Shown here: positions 54,878 through 64,000 of the stretch, piece by piece
Position numbering within the stretch: position 1 is the stretch's first letter
How the letters are laid out: every line of letters starts with the position of its first letter
Sequence record: NC_028950.1
Length of the DNA stretch: 64,000 nucleotides
Direction: 5' to 3' (one strand)
Program-made: the position numbers and the translations under genes
The notes under the pieces: model-generated
What the model was told of the DNA's origin: nothing
Databases searched by the model: none
Seen by the model: the letters and a program-made list of their open reading frames with translations, nothing else

Positions 54878-56074
54878 TCACATAACGGATGTCATAAGTT
54901 CGTCAAAGTACTCACGCTCAGCATCGTTGTTAAGCGTAATTCCCAGACGTTCCACGATGATCGTTTTAATGTTCGACGAGTCGATGGTGAAAGGCACGTA
55001 ATCTGCCTCATCGGTAGTTTCTAACACAGTCGTCGTATCGACTTCTTCTTCATCCAGAACTTTCTTCGAGAAATGCAGGAAGGGATACAACGATTGATAC
55101 GTGTCTATCGCAGCCAGTACAGGATGTCCACGACGAGCAGCAATCCTAACGTGATTATGAGGCCGCAGAGAATCGCAGGTGTGTAGCACTTGTAAGTGCG
55201 CCGCATCGAGATCCTCGTCAACCTCAACTGTCTTGAAATCCATTGCATGTTCATTCACCTGAAACGTGGCAGTGTACGAACCATCTCGATTCACTGTCGC
55301 ATGGACGAAGCCCTTAGGCGTTTCCATTCCATGCCTTTGACGATCCGGGGAGCCCTGAACGATGATGCGACCTTCTCTACGGAACTCGTGATCGTGTCCA
55401 ATAAAGATCAGGTAGCGAACGATGTCTAGGTAAGCTTCCGAGCTATGGAACCGTGAGTGTCGACCCACAGGAACCTGAAATTCGAAAAAGCCATGCATGA
55501 TTCCGAAGTCCACTTTCTCAAGTGCGCGTGCTTCCATCATGTCCATGACTTGTCGGTACGTGACTTCGTCCGACGTATTCTTTTCATCAGGAATACAGAG
55601 AAGATGAATGTCATACTTCTCGATGTACTCGATCGATACTTCCTTCACATAACGCAGTTCACACTTGTCTTCAGGCTCGGCCGCATCATTGATAGCGACG
55701 AACAGGTGGGATTGCAGTCGGTCGTGTGAAGGAGTACCTTCCAGAACGATAACCATGGTACCCGTCCTCGCACAGCGAGCGAGCAAACGACGGATCCACG
55801 ATACGATAAACGGAACATCCCGATGGTTAACCGGGAGACCTCGATCGAAGACGTCACCGACGATAAAGAGAATGTTAATTCCCTTCAAGAAGTCGTACGT
55901 CAACATGGCATCGAGGCCCTTGACCATGAACTCAGCCGGATTGGACGGGCATCCCAGATGAATATCTGAGATGCTGGCGACTTTAATCTGTGTCCAGTTC
56001 GTAGTCGCCGACGTCTGCAGCGTTTGCACCGCTGCTTCCACCGAGCTCGACAGCTTTGTCTTTGTGGGGGTCAT
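54878..56074 (-). CDS. SbcD/Mre11-family metallophosphoesterase nuclease (phiKZ gp65-like)
   Basis: ISDIHLG, IVGDVFD, LEGTPSHD, IMHGFF, IFIGHDH, VQGSPDR. Confidence 0.9.
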   Translation of the reverse strand: MTPTKTKLSSSVEAAVQTLQTSATTNWTQIKVASISDIHLGCPSNPAEFMVKGLDAMLTYDFLKGINILFIVGDVFDRGLPVNHRDVPFIVSWIRRLLARCARTGTMVIVLEGTPSHDRLQSHLFVAINDAAEPEDKCELRYVKEVSIEYIEKYDIHLLCIPDEKNTSDEVTYRQVMDMMEARALEKVDFGIMHGFFEFQVPVGRHSRFHSSEAYLDIVRYLIFIGHDHEFRREGRIIVQGSPDRQRHGMETPKGFVHATVNRDGSYTATFQVNEHAMDFKTVEVDEDLDAAHLQVLHTCDSLRPHNHVRIAARRGHPVLAAIDTYQSLYPFLHFSKKVLDEEEVDTTTVLETTDEADYVPFTIDSSNIKTIIVERLGITLNNDAEREYFDELMTSVM

Positions 56075-56699
56075 TTTCGAGGAGATTCCCGAGATTCAGG
56101 ATCTTGTCGTGCTTGCCGTAGCGCTCGAAGATCGCATTCCAGATACGCATGTTCGCGTAGACTTGTTCAGTCGGCTTGTCCTTGATGTGCAGACCCGAAA
56201 GCTTCTTGTTCAGGAACTGCTGCGAACCTGCTGCGTCGAATTCCTTCAGACGCGAGTAATGACGCTCGATCAGCGTCATCGATTCGCCACCCGGTTTCGA
56301 CTGTTCGAGAACCGACGTATCGAAGAGCGCCGGAACCGTGAAGAGGACTTTGCCTTCTGCGTCGACGATATCGACGGCAGTCTTTTCGCCACCTGCAACC
56401 TTTTCGAGCCAGGTGCGATAGTTCACTTCCGCGGTCGGCTGGACTTCACCAGCGAAGAGCGGCAGGAAATGGACGACGAAGAGTTCTTCGGGGAACTGTG
56501 TGTTCTGCTCGATTTGCGTGAGCGAGTTCGCAATACCACGGATGTCGATACCGATACCCATGCGACGTTGCGACTGGAAACTTGCAAAGACTTCCATTGC
56601 AGCTTTTTGTCGCGGATGCGGCTGAGCAACATCGGTGGGTGTTTCGGGTTGACGGGAGGTCGTACCGTCAAGCTTGTTGTCGAGTTCGCGTTGGTTCAT
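55983..56699 (-). CDS. Conserved hypothetical protein (phiKZ gp64 position)
   Basis: 238 aa; HFLPLFAG and VLFTVPALFD motifs; ATGA overlap with the upstream gene. Confidence 0.7.
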   Translation of the reverse strand: MNQRELDNKLDGTTSRQPETPTDVAQPHPRQKAAMEVFASFQSQRRMGIGIDIRGIANSLTQIEQNTQFPEELFVVHFLPLFAGEVQPTAEVNYRTWLEKVAGGEKTAVDIVDAEGKVLFTVPALFDTSVLEQSKPGGESMTLIERHYSRLKEFDAAGSQQFLNKKLSGLHIKDKPTEQVYANMRIWNAIFERYGKHDKILNLGNLLENDPHKDKAVELGGSSGANAADVGDYELDTD

Positions 56700-57112
56700 G
56701 TTGGGCTTCCTGTTGCATCGACGTTATAGATGCGCTGGACTTGAGTGCCCAGCAGGTCAATAGCTCGCGACAGATCGTGGCGAATACCCTGATCGTCGGT
56801 GAAGCTACATCCTATCGTGATCGTCAATGAAGTATTATCGTTCGGATCAGTTTGACCAACACTGCAATCCATCTGCACGTTGGAAAACTGGGTGGAGAAA
56901 TACGTGTTCAGATACGCATTCAAATTGGAGGTGAGTTCACCTTCCGAAGTTGAATCCGCAATCAGTGACTGATACGACGTCACATTCAGCTTGTCTTTAT
57001 AGAACTGCGTCTGGCTCTTCTGAGTCGTAAAGAAGTGTGCCAGCATGTAGTCTGCTTTTTCGAGCGGGTTCGAAACAAAACCACTCGGGGAAAACGTCGG
57101 AAGCAAAGCCAT
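56696..57112 (-). CDS. Conserved hypothetical protein (phiKZ gp63 position; possible gp25-like fold)
   Basis: 138 aa; PTFSPSGFV...KADYMLAHFF...SQT. Confidence 0.65.
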   Translation of the reverse strand: MALLPTFSPSGFVSNPLEKADYMLAHFFTTQKSQTQFYKDKLNVTSYQSLIADSTSEGELTSNLNAYLNTYFSTQFSNVQMDCSVGQTDPNDNTSLTITIGCSFTDDQGIRHDLSRAIDLLGTQVQRIYNVDATGSPT

Positions 57113-57127
57113 TTTCAGATCCCGAAA

Positions 57128-57164
57128 ACAAAAAAAATATGGTCAGGGATTTCCCCTGACCATA
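57128..57164 (-). terminator. 11-bp hairpin with U-tract
   Basis: tatggtcaggg-atttc-ccctgaccata preceded by an A-run. Confidence 0.75.
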
Positions 57165-57173
57165 CTCCGAACA

Positions 57174-57836
57174 TTACATGTTCTCGTTCAACACCGAAGT
57201 CGGATCTTTCTTCTTCGCCGCATAATGCGCTTCAAGCACATCCCACGTCGAGATGATGTCTCCTTGTTCGATTACATCGAGATCCCGTTCATCATTCACG
57301 GACTCGTTCATATCCGAATAGAAGACAAATGCGTCTTCGCCTTCACCGAGGCGATTGAAGTCATTCTTGATGCCATGACGATCTTCCGTCCATACGACAC
57401 CATCAATGACGCGCATAAAGTCCGGGTCATCGAACCCACGTCGTTCGGGATAGCGATTGCGATAGCTGTCCGAATACCCATCGATCGCCTGCTGTTCATG
57501 CAGGATTCTCGACATGATATTAGCCATGAGATAGCGTTGCATCACAGGCTTTGCGTTCTGGATGGATTCGAGCGTCGACAACGGACGGATCACATCTTTA
57601 CGCATCGGGTCAGCAGTCTGACGAACACGTGCTCGAATACGACGCAGTGCTCGATCGCCATTATACCGATCGAACGCTTCACGCGAATCCTCAAAGAACC
57701 CATTGAAGAGTTCACTGATTCTCGGCGCATAACGTTCGACACGATCTCTCAGATAACTGAGAGTTCCCTGATGGGGTTCTCCAAACAATTCGGCGTCGAT
57801 ATCCTCTTCACTGATATAACCGCCTCTGATTCCCAT
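57174..57836 (-). CDS. Conserved hypothetical protein (phiKZ gp62 region)
   Basis: 220 aa; MQRYLMAN, IDGYSDSY, DPTS motifs; ATG overlaps upstream TAA. Confidence 0.7.
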   Translation of the reverse strand: MGIRGGYISEEDIDAELFGEPHQGTLSYLRDRVERYAPRISELFNGFFEDSREAFDRYNGDRALRRIRARVRQTADPMRKDVIRPLSTLESIQNAKPVMQRYLMANIMSRILHEQQAIDGYSDSYRNRYPERRGFDDPDFMRVIDGVVWTEDRHGIKNDFNRLGEGEDAFVFYSDMNESVNDERDLDVIEQGDIISTWDVLEAHYAAKKKDPTSVLNENM

Positions 57837-59461
57837 TAGTGCAGTGTCCTCGTATTAAACATTTCGTGCATCCGCGCCAGCTTAGCTGGGTCGGGCCTGC
57901 GAGCTTCTTCGCTGTAGTTGTACAGGTGATTCACCACCGACGACACGATCGGTTTGGGCAACGGCATGTTGTCGCCGATCTTGCGCGGGCCGGACAGTTT
58001 CCACGCACCGAAGTGCGGAGCCAGATAACGGAGTTCATCCGTCGTCCAGTTGTCCATGGTCAGGAAGCCGAACATCTGATCGCCATCGAAGTCAGCATTC
58101 GGGCCAGCAACCGAGATGATCGGATAGCTGATCGACATGATCTTCGGATTGGTCTTGATCTTGGTCACGAACATCCGCTGGATCGAAGTACGATACATGG
58201 ACGGATTGCGACCGAAGATAACAGGAATGCCGCGTTTCGGTTTCATCGCCGCTGCTGCGATTTCATCGATTGCAACACCTTGCATCTGACCATCAACGAT
58301 CGACGCTTGAATCGTCGGAGACAATTCGTACGGCGACTCATCCAACAACTCGTCGAAGAGTTCTTCGAGCAACGGATGATAGACGTGCGTATGCGCATTC
58401 AGGAAATACGCTGCATCGTTGTGACCGAAGCCACGACGGAACAGCTTGCCCATCAGGTGCAGACGGAACGTCGTGACTGCCAATGCCCACGGCAGATGAA
58501 TCTCGTCATGGTGATGCGGTTCCGTGAGTGAATTGATAACTGCACGGAAGCTGAACCAACAGCGAGTTGCATAAACGTGTTTCCGTACCAGGCCAGGTTT
58601 GCCGGCGATGAAGTTCTTTTCGTAATCACGCCCGAACTCGGACAATGCTTCCGAAAACTTGGACGCACGGTTTTCCTTTTGGGCAACCGTATAGTCCTTG
58701 ATATCGCTGTCGATACCGGAGATGTTCCGGACGGCATCGATAATCGTCTTCAACGTCGTATCCATGTAAGTACCGAACTTGGTGTTCTCGATCACCAGGA
58801 TGGTCTTGTTGTGCACAGGTACGTGTTGCGAGAAGATGCGATCGCGATACATTGCGATAAAGATCTGCATCTCCCTGAGTTTCTCCTTCTTGTCTCTCGT
58901 GGAACTGAATTGTGGAAATTCACAAAGCTGACCGATGATCCAGTCAAAGTTGTGATAGAAGAAGTTCAGCCCGCGCTCAATCCGGCGGTTTTCCAGTTCG
59001 TCCATCCACCGACCATGATGCTGGCGATTCGGACGATAGTCCGTATTCGTCAGATACTTGATGATGTTGAACTTCTGGTTGCTGTTGTTCGAGAGACTGA
59101 AAAAGTCCGACAGCAGACGCCAAGCCTGAGGATTGATCAGGGCATCGACGCCACGAGGCGCTTCAACCCAGATGATGGGCTCAAGCGGTTTGTCCAGCAC
59201 AGCCTGTACCGGCTGCTTGCATTTTCGACAGATGGTCCCCTTACCGTTTCTGTCTACGTGATGCTGACCGAACGTATGCCCACACGAACATTTCGGAATC
59301 GTGTCGAGCAGATCGGTATCGTTGTACGTCACGAAGAAGTTCTCGTCGAAGGCCGACTTCTCCGTTTCCAGCGTGTCCAGTACCTTATTGACGATGATGG
59401 GGTCTGTTGTTATCTGCGAGAATAACTCGTCATAGTTCTGCATTTCCAAATGTGTGCCCAT
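57836..59461 (-). CDS. Non-virion RNAP beta' subunit, N-terminal/catalytic part (phiKZ gp55/56.1-like), uninterrupted
   Basis: Catalytic NADFDGD motif; Zn finger CSCG...CRKC; KPGLVRKHVYATR; FSFRAVI; RNPS. Confidence 0.92.
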   Translation of the reverse strand: MGTHLEMQNYDELFSQITTDPIIVNKVLDTLETEKSAFDENFFVTYNDTDLLDTIPKCSCGHTFGQHHVDRNGKGTICRKCKQPVQAVLDKPLEPIIWVEAPRGVDALINPQAWRLLSDFFSLSNNSNQKFNIIKYLTNTDYRPNRQHHGRWMDELENRRIERGLNFFYHNFDWIIGQLCEFPQFSSTRDKKEKLREMQIFIAMYRDRIFSQHVPVHNKTILVIENTKFGTYMDTTLKTIIDAVRNISGIDSDIKDYTVAQKENRASKFSEALSEFGRDYEKNFIAGKPGLVRKHVYATRCWFSFRAVINSLTEPHHHDEIHLPWALAVTTFRLHLMGKLFRRGFGHNDAAYFLNAHTHVYHPLLEELFDELLDESPYELSPTIQASIVDGQMQGVAIDEIAAAAMKPKRGIPVIFGRNPSMYRTSIQRMFVTKIKTNPKIMSISYPIISVAGPNADFDGDQMFGFLTMDNWTTDELRYLAPHFGAWKLSGPRKIGDNMPLPKPIVSSVVNHLYNYSEEARRPDPAKLARMHEMFNTRTLH

Positions 59462-59515
59462 CCAGCCTCCTTCAAAGCACGATTGTAAAAGTGTTTCTTG
59501 CAGCAGTTCATACCT

Positions 59516-59538
59516 ATGATATATCGTTGTACTTTTTT
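59516..59538 (-). promoter_or_regulatory. Early promoter-like motif upstream of the catalytic beta' gene
   Basis: Minus strand AAAAAAGTACAACGATATATCAT. Confidence 0.6.
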
Positions 59539-59623
59539 ACATATAGAGTAATAAATATAAAAAAACACAAGGATATACCAAAAGAAAAATCTAGCAGATT
59601 GCGCAGATTTTTCTCACCTGTCC

Positions 59624-59896
59624 TTAATGGACAGTTGCCAACCCTGGTACTTCCGATTGGTTAACCGTTCTGTAAATTGCAGCTTGTGTTGCATTGAGTT
59701 CATTCAATTTCCGGCGACCATAATCATTTTCGATCATGAACATTGCAGTTGCGATTTCAACTACTGGGAGATCGGGAAATGCAAGCATGACAGCCATTGT
59801 TGCTTCTTTAATTGTCTTGCCCGAATCACGCTCCTTGTAATACGCGTTGCGAATGTCACCGAAAGCTGCGAGAGCGGAACCTCTTATGTTATTCAT
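59624..59896 (-). CDS. Hypothetical protein (about 90 aa), AT-rich insertion
   Basis: ATG 59896; codon usage differs from the flanking core genes. Confidence 0.5.
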   Translation of the reverse strand: MNNIRGSALAAFGDIRNAYYKERDSGKTIKEATMAVMLAFPDLPVVEIATAMFMIENDYGRRKLNELNATQAAIYRTVNQSEVPGLATVH

Positions 59897-59917
59897 TTCA
59901 GTTCTCAAGTTGACGGC

Positions 59918-59958
59918 AAAAAAGAAAATAGAGAGAGTCCCGAAGGACTCTCTCTATT
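59918..59958 (-). terminator. 14-bp hairpin (UUCG loop) with U-tract, after chimallin
   Basis: aatagagagagtcc-cgaa-ggactctctctatt. Confidence 0.8.
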
Positions 59959-59989
59959 CAGTGGGTTACTACTGGCTCACGCCGGCAGC

Positions 59990-61936
59990 TTACCAGCGGT
60001 TGTCGTTGCGATCGGCGCGATCGTAGTAACGATCGTCGTAACGGTCACGCGACTGACGCTGATTGCGATACAGACCACCGCTACCCGGACGGGCCAGGAT
60101 CGTATCGATGTTGCCATACGTGGTGCGATAGCGATCGCTGCCATCGCGGCTGCTGGACGTCGGGTTGAGCGACAGCTTGCAGCGGCTGATTGCTTCGATC
60201 AGCGCTTCGTCGAAACGGGTATCCCAGTTGTAACGCTGGAAGAAGCCCGTGATGACGGCGGTCGGCACGAAGTCACGGATGATTTCGTAGCGTTCCGATT
60301 GCGACAGCGTGTTGTCGTCGTTCGAAGCTGCGGCCATGCCCCACTTCTGGATCAGGAGCAGGTCGTCTTCCTTTTCCGGACGCAGCATGTTCAGCAGCGC
60401 CAGATAGTCGAAGTCGCGCAGATCGAGACGCATGCCGCGATCGCCTTCCGTGTAGTAACCGCCATGGATCCGCTCGACGTGGCTGTCGAGGATCGGTTCC
60501 GTACGGTCGTACAGGTCTTCGAAGTGACCGTCGGTCAGCACGCAGCACGCATCGTAGATGCGGTCCATTGCCTTCTGGCTGCCTTGCGCAGCTGCCATCA
60601 GGTCGACATGTTGCCAGGTCGAGGAGCCGCATTCCGGCACGTCGATCGAGTGGATCACGCCGGGCCGCACGGTCGTACGCAGCAGAGCTTGACGCTTCGC
60701 AGCGGTGAAGCTCGCATTCTTCGTTTCCCAGCGCTCGCCGAAGCCGCGTTCCAGATCCTGGAGGTTGGGTTCGATGGCCAGCGCGCCGATGTTGCGCATG
60801 TCGTCTTCACCGATCGAGAGATTCGGTTCGAAGGCACGCATGATCTCGGCCGATTCACCAACCGCATGAGCCGTCGCGTGAGCGAGCATCATGGTCGTCG
60901 GCGAGAAGTCGACGGTGTCGGTGAACGTGTTGATGAAGCGCAGTGCGTACAGCTGGCACTCTTCGCTGCGACGATCGCCGCGACGAGCGTACAGATCGTT
61001 GCGGCTCGACGCGCCGTCGGCCGGAGCGTAGACGAAGTCGAAGAAACCGCCGACACGCGAGATGCGAGTGCCGGTGACCAGCTGGTCGATCGGGTCGCGG
61101 CTGTTACGGCCACGGTTTTCGCGGGACACGAGATCGATGATCATGTCAGCACGGACCGGCAGATGGCCACGATCGTAGATGTGGTTCTGGCGGTGCTGGA
61201 TGTGCACGCTGTTGTAGCTGTCGTCGTCGGACTTCAGGCACAGCTGCGGAGCGTCCTGGTCGTTGCGATCGATTGCCGTCTTGATGGCGGCGAACGAGTT
61301 CTTCACGCAATCGGCGATTGCCTGCGGATCGTCCTTGGCGGTCGGGAAACCACCGTAGATGACTTCGGCGTCAGCCGTGTACAGGTTTTCGTTCGGATAC
61401 GCGTTGCCCAGAACTTCCTTCACGACGTCGCGAACCTTCGAGTCGTAGCCGTCGCCCGGCACTTGCACGACCGTCACGCGATTGCCGCGATAGCTTTCTT
61501 CACGCGGACGCAGCTCTTCGGCCGAGCCGGCGAGCAGGAACGTGTGATAGCCGACGCCCAGCTTTTCCTTGCCACGCTTCTTGCCTGCAACCACGATGCA
61601 GGAGAACGGAATGCCGGCGACCGATGCGTCGATCGGGAACACCTGGCAGTCCAACATGTTGTTGTCGGTCTTGGCCGGCATGGCTTCCACGAAGTCACGA
61701 CGGAACACTTCGAGCGCTTCCGCCGTACCCGTCATTGCGATCGGGGTCGGGTTCATGCGGCCGATGTTCGACAGCGATGCCGTACGCACGCTGCCGCTCG
61801 AACGGCTTTCTTCGCGGCGCGAAGTGCGTTCTTCTTGTGCACGATCTTCTTGTTCGCGACGCTCACCGCCCTTCTCTTGCGCACGGCGCATTGCGTCACG
61901 GACTTGGGATTGCTGGTCTTTGCCTTCGATGCTCAT
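59990..61936 (-). CDS. chmA: Chimallin, major phage nuclear shell protein (phiKZ gp54/PhuN-like)
   Basis: 648 aa; strongest codon bias in the window; directly upstream of the gp55-like beta' gene; own early promoter and terminator. Confidence 0.85.
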   Translation of the reverse strand: MSIEGKDQQSQVRDAMRRAQEKGGERREQEDRAQEERTSRREESRSSGSVRTASLSNIGRMNPTPIAMTGTAEALEVFRRDFVEAMPAKTDNNMLDCQVFPIDASVAGIPFSCIVVAGKKRGKEKLGVGYHTFLLAGSAEELRPREESYRGNRVTVVQVPGDGYDSKVRDVVKEVLGNAYPNENLYTADAEVIYGGFPTAKDDPQAIADCVKNSFAAIKTAIDRNDQDAPQLCLKSDDDSYNSVHIQHRQNHIYDRGHLPVRADMIIDLVSRENRGRNSRDPIDQLVTGTRISRVGGFFDFVYAPADGASSRNDLYARRGDRRSEECQLYALRFINTFTDTVDFSPTTMMLAHATAHAVGESAEIMRAFEPNLSIGEDDMRNIGALAIEPNLQDLERGFGERWETKNASFTAAKRQALLRTTVRPGVIHSIDVPECGSSTWQHVDLMAAAQGSQKAMDRIYDACCVLTDGHFEDLYDRTEPILDSHVERIHGGYYTEGDRGMRLDLRDFDYLALLNMLRPEKEDDLLLIQKWGMAAASNDDNTLSQSERYEIIRDFVPTAVITGFFQRYNWDTRFDEALIEAISRCKLSLNPTSSSRDGSDRYRTTYGNIDTILARPGSGGLYRNQRQSRDRYDDRYYDRADRNDNRW

Positions 61937-62038
61937 GTTACTATTTTCCTATTTTGGAAGAAATGAAAAGTAGATACGCGTACCAGAATTAGTCGCGTAC
62001 GATAAAGATTTGATCGCATTACTAACGCAGATCAACTT

Positions 62039-62063
62039 TGTAATATATCAATGAAATTTGTTT
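62039..62063 (-). promoter_or_regulatory. Early promoter of chimallin, exact phiKZ-type TATATTAC
   Basis: Minus strand AAACAAATTTCATTGATATATTAC, about 100 nt upstream of the ATG. Confidence 0.75.
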
Positions 62064-62237
62064 AAATCGCATGATATACCACAGCACGCGAACATAGGTG
62101 CTAAGACATGCAGACGTTGTCATCTGCACAGTATAGGGGAAAAACAATAAAGTTTTATATACCCGCACTTTCACCCTGTCGCATGTTCATGCTATGACTA
62201 CGATTGCTAGAAAATTACCTAATACGGATGTGCTCGA

Positions 62238-63317
62238 ATGCTCAGCATCTTCAACGACCTTCAGCCCAGGATGAAAGGTATCATCAGCTTTCCTGAATGG
62301 ACATTCATTCGGGATGGTCTGATGATGAACCTGGACCACACAAACAAATACTACCGCAGTGGTGCTTATGCGGTAGGTTCCGATCATGAACTGGTGAAAC
62401 TGCTGTTCGGTTTGACCACCAGTACGGATGAAGAACTCTCGACCTATTACAAACGAGTTGATGCAAAAGCATTGACCGTTGCTCAACAATTGGGATTCAC
62501 GACTTCTATCAGTAAGGGACACATGTTCAACAATGTGTTCTTCTCAGGTAAGAGTCGAGAAGTCATCATCGTTCATAACGAAGACTTCGATCCCCAGCAA
62601 GTTACGGAGAACTGGCGGGATGCTCGTCCGATTCAAATCCTGCGTCATGGCTTTGACTTCATCGATTGTTTTCCTATGCAAGGGCAGCTGGAAAGCTCTG
62701 GAGTCAGCTGCTTCGCCATCAATCTGTCCATGCTCGGCGTGCAGTATCGAGCGTATCGTCAATGGCAGAAAACGTACGTAACGGAAGAGACGGGTCGTAA
62801 CTCGGTCTATCATTTCCTGTTTGCATATCCACTGAACAATATGATTTACGATGCGATGGACCATGCGGTGTTTAACCGTCTAGTGCGTCTGAATCAGAAT
62901 CTGCCTACGAGCGACAATCAATATCGTCATCCGTTTCATGTGACGAACTTCGTGGGTCGCGTAGATCGAATCCTGGGGAAAGTACTCGAAACGCTTCGAA
63001 ACAATCCTCTCGACTTTTACAACATCTGCGCTACGATCCCGCTGGTCAATCAGGGCAGTCTGCTGGATCTCTTGAAGCTTCCGGATATCTACGAATCTCG
63101 GCAAATCAACTGGGCTATTTACATGGCTCGGATCGATATGCTCCTGTTCCTTCTGAGCTTCGAGAACAATCTGAAGATGATGAACCAAAGTGAACTGAGC
63201 AAGATCAAGTACTCACTGAAGTTGTACCTGAAAGACGGTACGATTCAGTCTGCTGTACCGCGCGATCTGTTCGGCAAACAAAAGATCGTCATCGAACAAC
63301 TGGTTGAAAAGATGTAA
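62238..63317 (+). CDS. Conserved hypothetical protein (phiKZ gp52/53 region)
   Basis: 359 aa; divergent from chmA; TATG at about 62192; ends at a bidirectional hairpin. Confidence 0.7.
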   Translation: MLSIFNDLQPRMKGIISFPEWTFIRDGLMMNLDHTNKYYRSGAYAVGSDHELVKLLFGLTTSTDEELSTYYKRVDAKALTVAQQLGFTTSISKGHMFNNVFFSGKSREVIIVHNEDFDPQQVTENWRDARPIQILRHGFDFIDCFPMQGQLESSGVSCFAINLSMLGVQYRAYRQWQKTYVTEETGRNSVYHFLFAYPLNNMIYDAMDHAVFNRLVRLNQNLPTSDNQYRHPFHVTNFVGRVDRILGKVLETLRNNPLDFYNICATIPLVNQGSLLDLLKLPDIYESRQINWAIYMARIDMLLFLLSFENNLKMMNQSELSKIKYSLKLYLKDGTIQSAVPRDLFGKQKIVIEQLVEKM

Positions 63318-63318
63318 A

Positions 63319-63354
63319 CATATACCACACTGGCGCAAGCCAGTGTGGTATATG
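63319..63354. terminator. Bidirectional 16-bp hairpin (GCAA loop) bounded by CATA...TATG
   Basis: catataccacactggc-gcaa-gccagtgtggtatatg. Confidence 0.8.
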
Positions 63355-63357
63355 GAC

Positions 63358-64000
63358 TTATGGATCTGGTGTGAAATTCGACGTGTATTTCGCATAACTG
63401 TACATCTTGAAGTTATCAAGATTTCCAATCCACGGGAATTCTGTCGTCGCGCCATTAGCTGTTTCAGAAATACAACCAATGGTCAAGATCTTCGTGTTTA
63501 ATGTGAAAGCGGACACATTAAAGGTCGCACTTCCATTTGCAACACCATTCTGATAGATGGTGAAGACATTACCCTGCTTAACGAATGCAGCATGGTATTT
63601 CGTATTCAGGTTGAAGCTGTTCGTGGCACCAACTATGCTCAGGTGATTATCGTTTTGCCCAAGGCTATAAAACAAACCAAGCTTCTGCGAACGACCTGTC
63701 GCATAAAGAGCGTAGCCGATATCATTGTGGTTACCAAACGTAAAGAAGACCGCCTGGCCGAAGTTGCCCTGCTTCAAATTGTAGAAATAGAACTCGAACG
63801 TGAAATCACTAACGAACGGATTGAAGTTCCAAGGCGTCGTATCGGTTCGAAGATACGTGGTCGCCGGAGTTACGTTCGTTGTAGAAAACAACGCGTTCTG
63901 AGTTCCTGAGAGAACAGGCGATGACGCCAAGCTCACTCCAGTATTAGTGATCGGCCACGCGTTACCACTCTTGTCAGTGAAGTCGCCTTCAAAGTCAAGG
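63358..64000 (-). CDS. LamG/concanavalin-A-like domain protein, probable tail-fibre accessory (partial, starts beyond window end)
   Basis: Frame stays open to 64000 (LDFEGDFTDKSGNAW...); DFTFEFYFY, YHAAFVKQGNVFTIYQNG, GNLDNFKMYSYAKYTSNFTP. Confidence 0.8.
   Translation of the reverse strand, partial: LDFEGDFTDKSGNAWPITNTGVSLASSPVLSGTQNALFSTTNVTPATTYLRTDTTPWNFNPFVSDFTFEFYFYNLKQGNFGQAVFFTFGNHNDIGYALYATGRSQKLGLFYSLGQNDNHLSIVGATNSFNLNTKYHAAFVKQGNVFTIYQNGVANGSATFNVSAFTLNTKILTIGCISETANGATTEFPWIGNLDNFKMYSYAKYTSNFTPDP

Noticed and set aside
62187-62522. 111-aa minus-strand ORF upstream of chimallin
   Set aside because: Overlaps the 359-aa plus-strand gene antisense and has no RBS; likely a shadow ORF.
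1-64000. Alternative genetic code, integrase/transposase, or defence-system cassette
   Set aside because: Standard-code ORFs tile the window at high density with intact catalytic motifs, and no recombinase, transposase or known defence motif was recognised.

Overview
This window is a 64-kb slice of a nucleus-forming, phiKZ-like jumbo phage genome (Chimalliviridae); the host cannot be determined from sequence alone. The core nucleus/transcription block lies mostly on the minus strand, from 62 kb down to 40 kb. It holds chimallin (ChmA), non-virion RNAP subunits (phiKZ gp55-, gp68-, gp71/73- and gp74-like, all uninterrupted), an SbcD/Mre11 nuclease, a ChmC-like RNA-binding protein, a PicA/Imp1-like import factor and an SF2 helicase. 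An accessory island (32.2-40.3 kb) carries an acyl-carrier-protein homolog, a DUF3307 membrane protein, a 444-aa acidic disordered protein and a ~520-nt ORF-free, highly structured RNA candidate. Next come a virion RNAP beta' subunit (gp80-like) block, a probable tail-assembly chaperone pair joined by a -1 slippery site, a tail/receptor-binding paralog cassette with thymidylate kinase, a split family-B DNA polymerase subunit carrying an in-frame DUF4326-like N-terminal domain, and a virion head/baseplate cluster (1-17 kb). Six early-promoter-like TATAT(T/C/A)A motifs and about 18 long hairpins were found; several hairpins end in TATG instead of a U-tract. No tRNA, CRISPR array, intron or transposase was seen. 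phiKZ gp numbers are assigned from recalled motifs and synteny, not from a database search.
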